A stretch of 64,000 nt of DNA. It comes from Eledone cirrhosa. Lineage: Eukaryota. The notes beneath the pieces were generated by a model. The model saw only the letters and a program-made list of their open reading frames with translations. It did not search any database and had not been told where the DNA came from. Location of the stretch: assembly GCA_964016885.1 (NCBI GenBank), contig OZ024741.1, positions 99,138,001-99,202,000 on the forward strand. Reading direction: 5' to 3'. Positions 62,756 to 64,000 of the stretch are shown one piece after another. Position 1 is the first letter of the stretch. Each line of letters starts with the position of its first letter. Position numbers and translations under genes: made by a program.

Positions 62756-64000
62756 CACCGTGTAACATATTTTTTGTTCCCCGGTTCCAAGTGTCATTTC
62801 CTGGTTTGTTATATCCCATTATTATTTTTTTTTAAATACTATTATTTAATCAGAAGTTTGGGTTTGTGGTCAGGAGTTTGATATTTCAAAATGTTCATAT
62901 TTTTCAAGAAAAAACACATTTTCTTTTAATTTATCAGTTCATATAATTAAATCAACAGAGTATATATTTATTTTATTACACAAGCTTATCAAAAGCAACC
63001 AAGTAAAAACAAATAACACTTATAAAGCAACTTATACACGTCAGAAATTACTGGATTTCCTGGATTTGCGGTTGTAGTCCAGGTCGCATTCCCACACTAG
63101 CCCCCAGATATAGTCCCCCATCATTTTTTCATTGTAGAGGCCCTGGTACCTCCGCTCTATCTCTTTCACATCTTGGTGGAATCGTTCGCCTTGTTCTTCT
63201 GAGTAGGTGCCCATATTGTCCTTGAACTTTTCCAGGTGAGCGTCCAGCATATGGAGTTTAAGCGACATCCTGCATCCCATGGCGCCAAAAGCCTTTATCA
63301 GATCCTGAACCAGTTGCTGATAGTTTTCAGCTCTGTAGTTGCCCAGAAAGCCCCTAACAACTGCCTTGAAACAGTTCCATGCTGTTCTCTCAATCCTATT
63401 GAGCTTATTGGAGAACTCGGTAGACTCAAACACCTTCTTTATCTGAGGTCCAACAAAAATTCCACCTTTGATTTTGGCCTCAGATAACTTGGGGAAGAAT
63501 TCAAGAAGGTACTTAAAAGCGGCTGATTCTTGGTTGAGCGCCTTCACAAACTGCTTCATTAACCCCAACTTAATGTACAGTAGCGGCATGAACACAATCC
63601 TGGGATCAACCAGTGGCTCCCACATGACGTTCAGGGTCCCAACTGCAAATTCTGTTCGCTGCTCCCAGTTCTTTCTTTTGTAGTGGTCAGAGGTGGCTCT
63701 GCTGTCCCAAAGGCAGAGGAAGCATTGGAATTTGATAAAGCCTCCTTGGAGTCCAAGCAGGAAAGCCACTATCTTGAAGTCTCCAATGATTTCCCAATTG
63801 TACTGGTTGTATTGCAGAGCTTCCAAGAGGAATTTCGGGCAGACTGAATGAGCTAGGGGCAGTGTCAGGAACTTGTTTCCATTGTGGAGAAGGACAGCCT
63901 TCAAACTTGTGGTGGAGCTGTCTATAAATAGCCGCCACTCCTTGGGCACAAACGGCACGCAATAACGTCAAACAGACCAGGCACGTCATGGCAGAAGCAG
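62756..64000 (-). mobile_element. Chapaev3-like DNA transposon, 3' half (runs off the window)
   Basis: Terminus CACCGTGTAACA preceded by TTA (possible TWA target duplication); transposase ORF inside. Confidence 0.7.
63041..63958 (-). CDS. Chapaev3/Transib-related DDE transposase, C-terminal catalytic part (probably damaged)
   Basis: WRLFIDSS..SLKAVLLHNGN, GDFK, CFLCLWDSR, IKLGLMKQF, GIFVGPQI, MSLKLH..H, SEEQGERFHQD; the frame is interrupted just upstream. Confidence 0.75.
   Translation of the reverse strand: MPFVPKEWRLFIDSSTTSLKAVLLHNGNKFLTLPLAHSVCPKFLLEALQYNQYNWEIIGDFKIVAFLLGLQGGFIKFQCFLCLWDSRATSDHYKRKNWEQRTEFAVGTLNVMWEPLVDPRIVFMPLLYIKLGLMKQFVKALNQESAAFKYLLEFFPKLSEAKIKGGIFVGPQIKKVFESTEFSNKLNRIERTAWNCFKAVVRGFLGNYRAENYQQLVQDLIKAFGAMGCRMSLKLHMLDAHLEKFKDNMGTYSEEQGERFHQDVKEIERRYQGLYNEKMMGDYIWGLVWECDLDYNRKSRKSSNF

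Overview
AT-rich, microsatellite-dense eukaryotic DNA with no recognisable host gene. The repeat content suggests an octopus or other cephalopod (inference). Most listed ORFs are microsatellite read-throughs. All real coding sequence is transposon-derived: two tandem R4/Dong-type RT+RLE retrotransposons plus a 3' stub in (TAA)n (7.5-16.3 kb), a 5'-truncated Penelope-like element (PLE; RT + C-terminal GIY-YIG, 16.3-18.9 kb), two further GIY-YIG fragments, CRE/RTE/CR1-type LINE remnants and a Chapaev3-like DDE transposase at the right edge. Non-coding elements include two non-autonomous Helitrons and many tRNA-derived SINEs. The main signal is a set of about 15 modules from many sequence-unrelated families, nearly all embedded in (TA)n. 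They share one design: inverted arm, optional truncated body, pLTR with a type I hammerhead ribozyme, unique 3' tail. About ten hammerhead folds can be drawn by eye, including a family-wide CAGA (U4A) core variant. Many of the unrelated tails share a motif close to ATYGAGTRCT. All folds and alignments were done by eye and are not computed.
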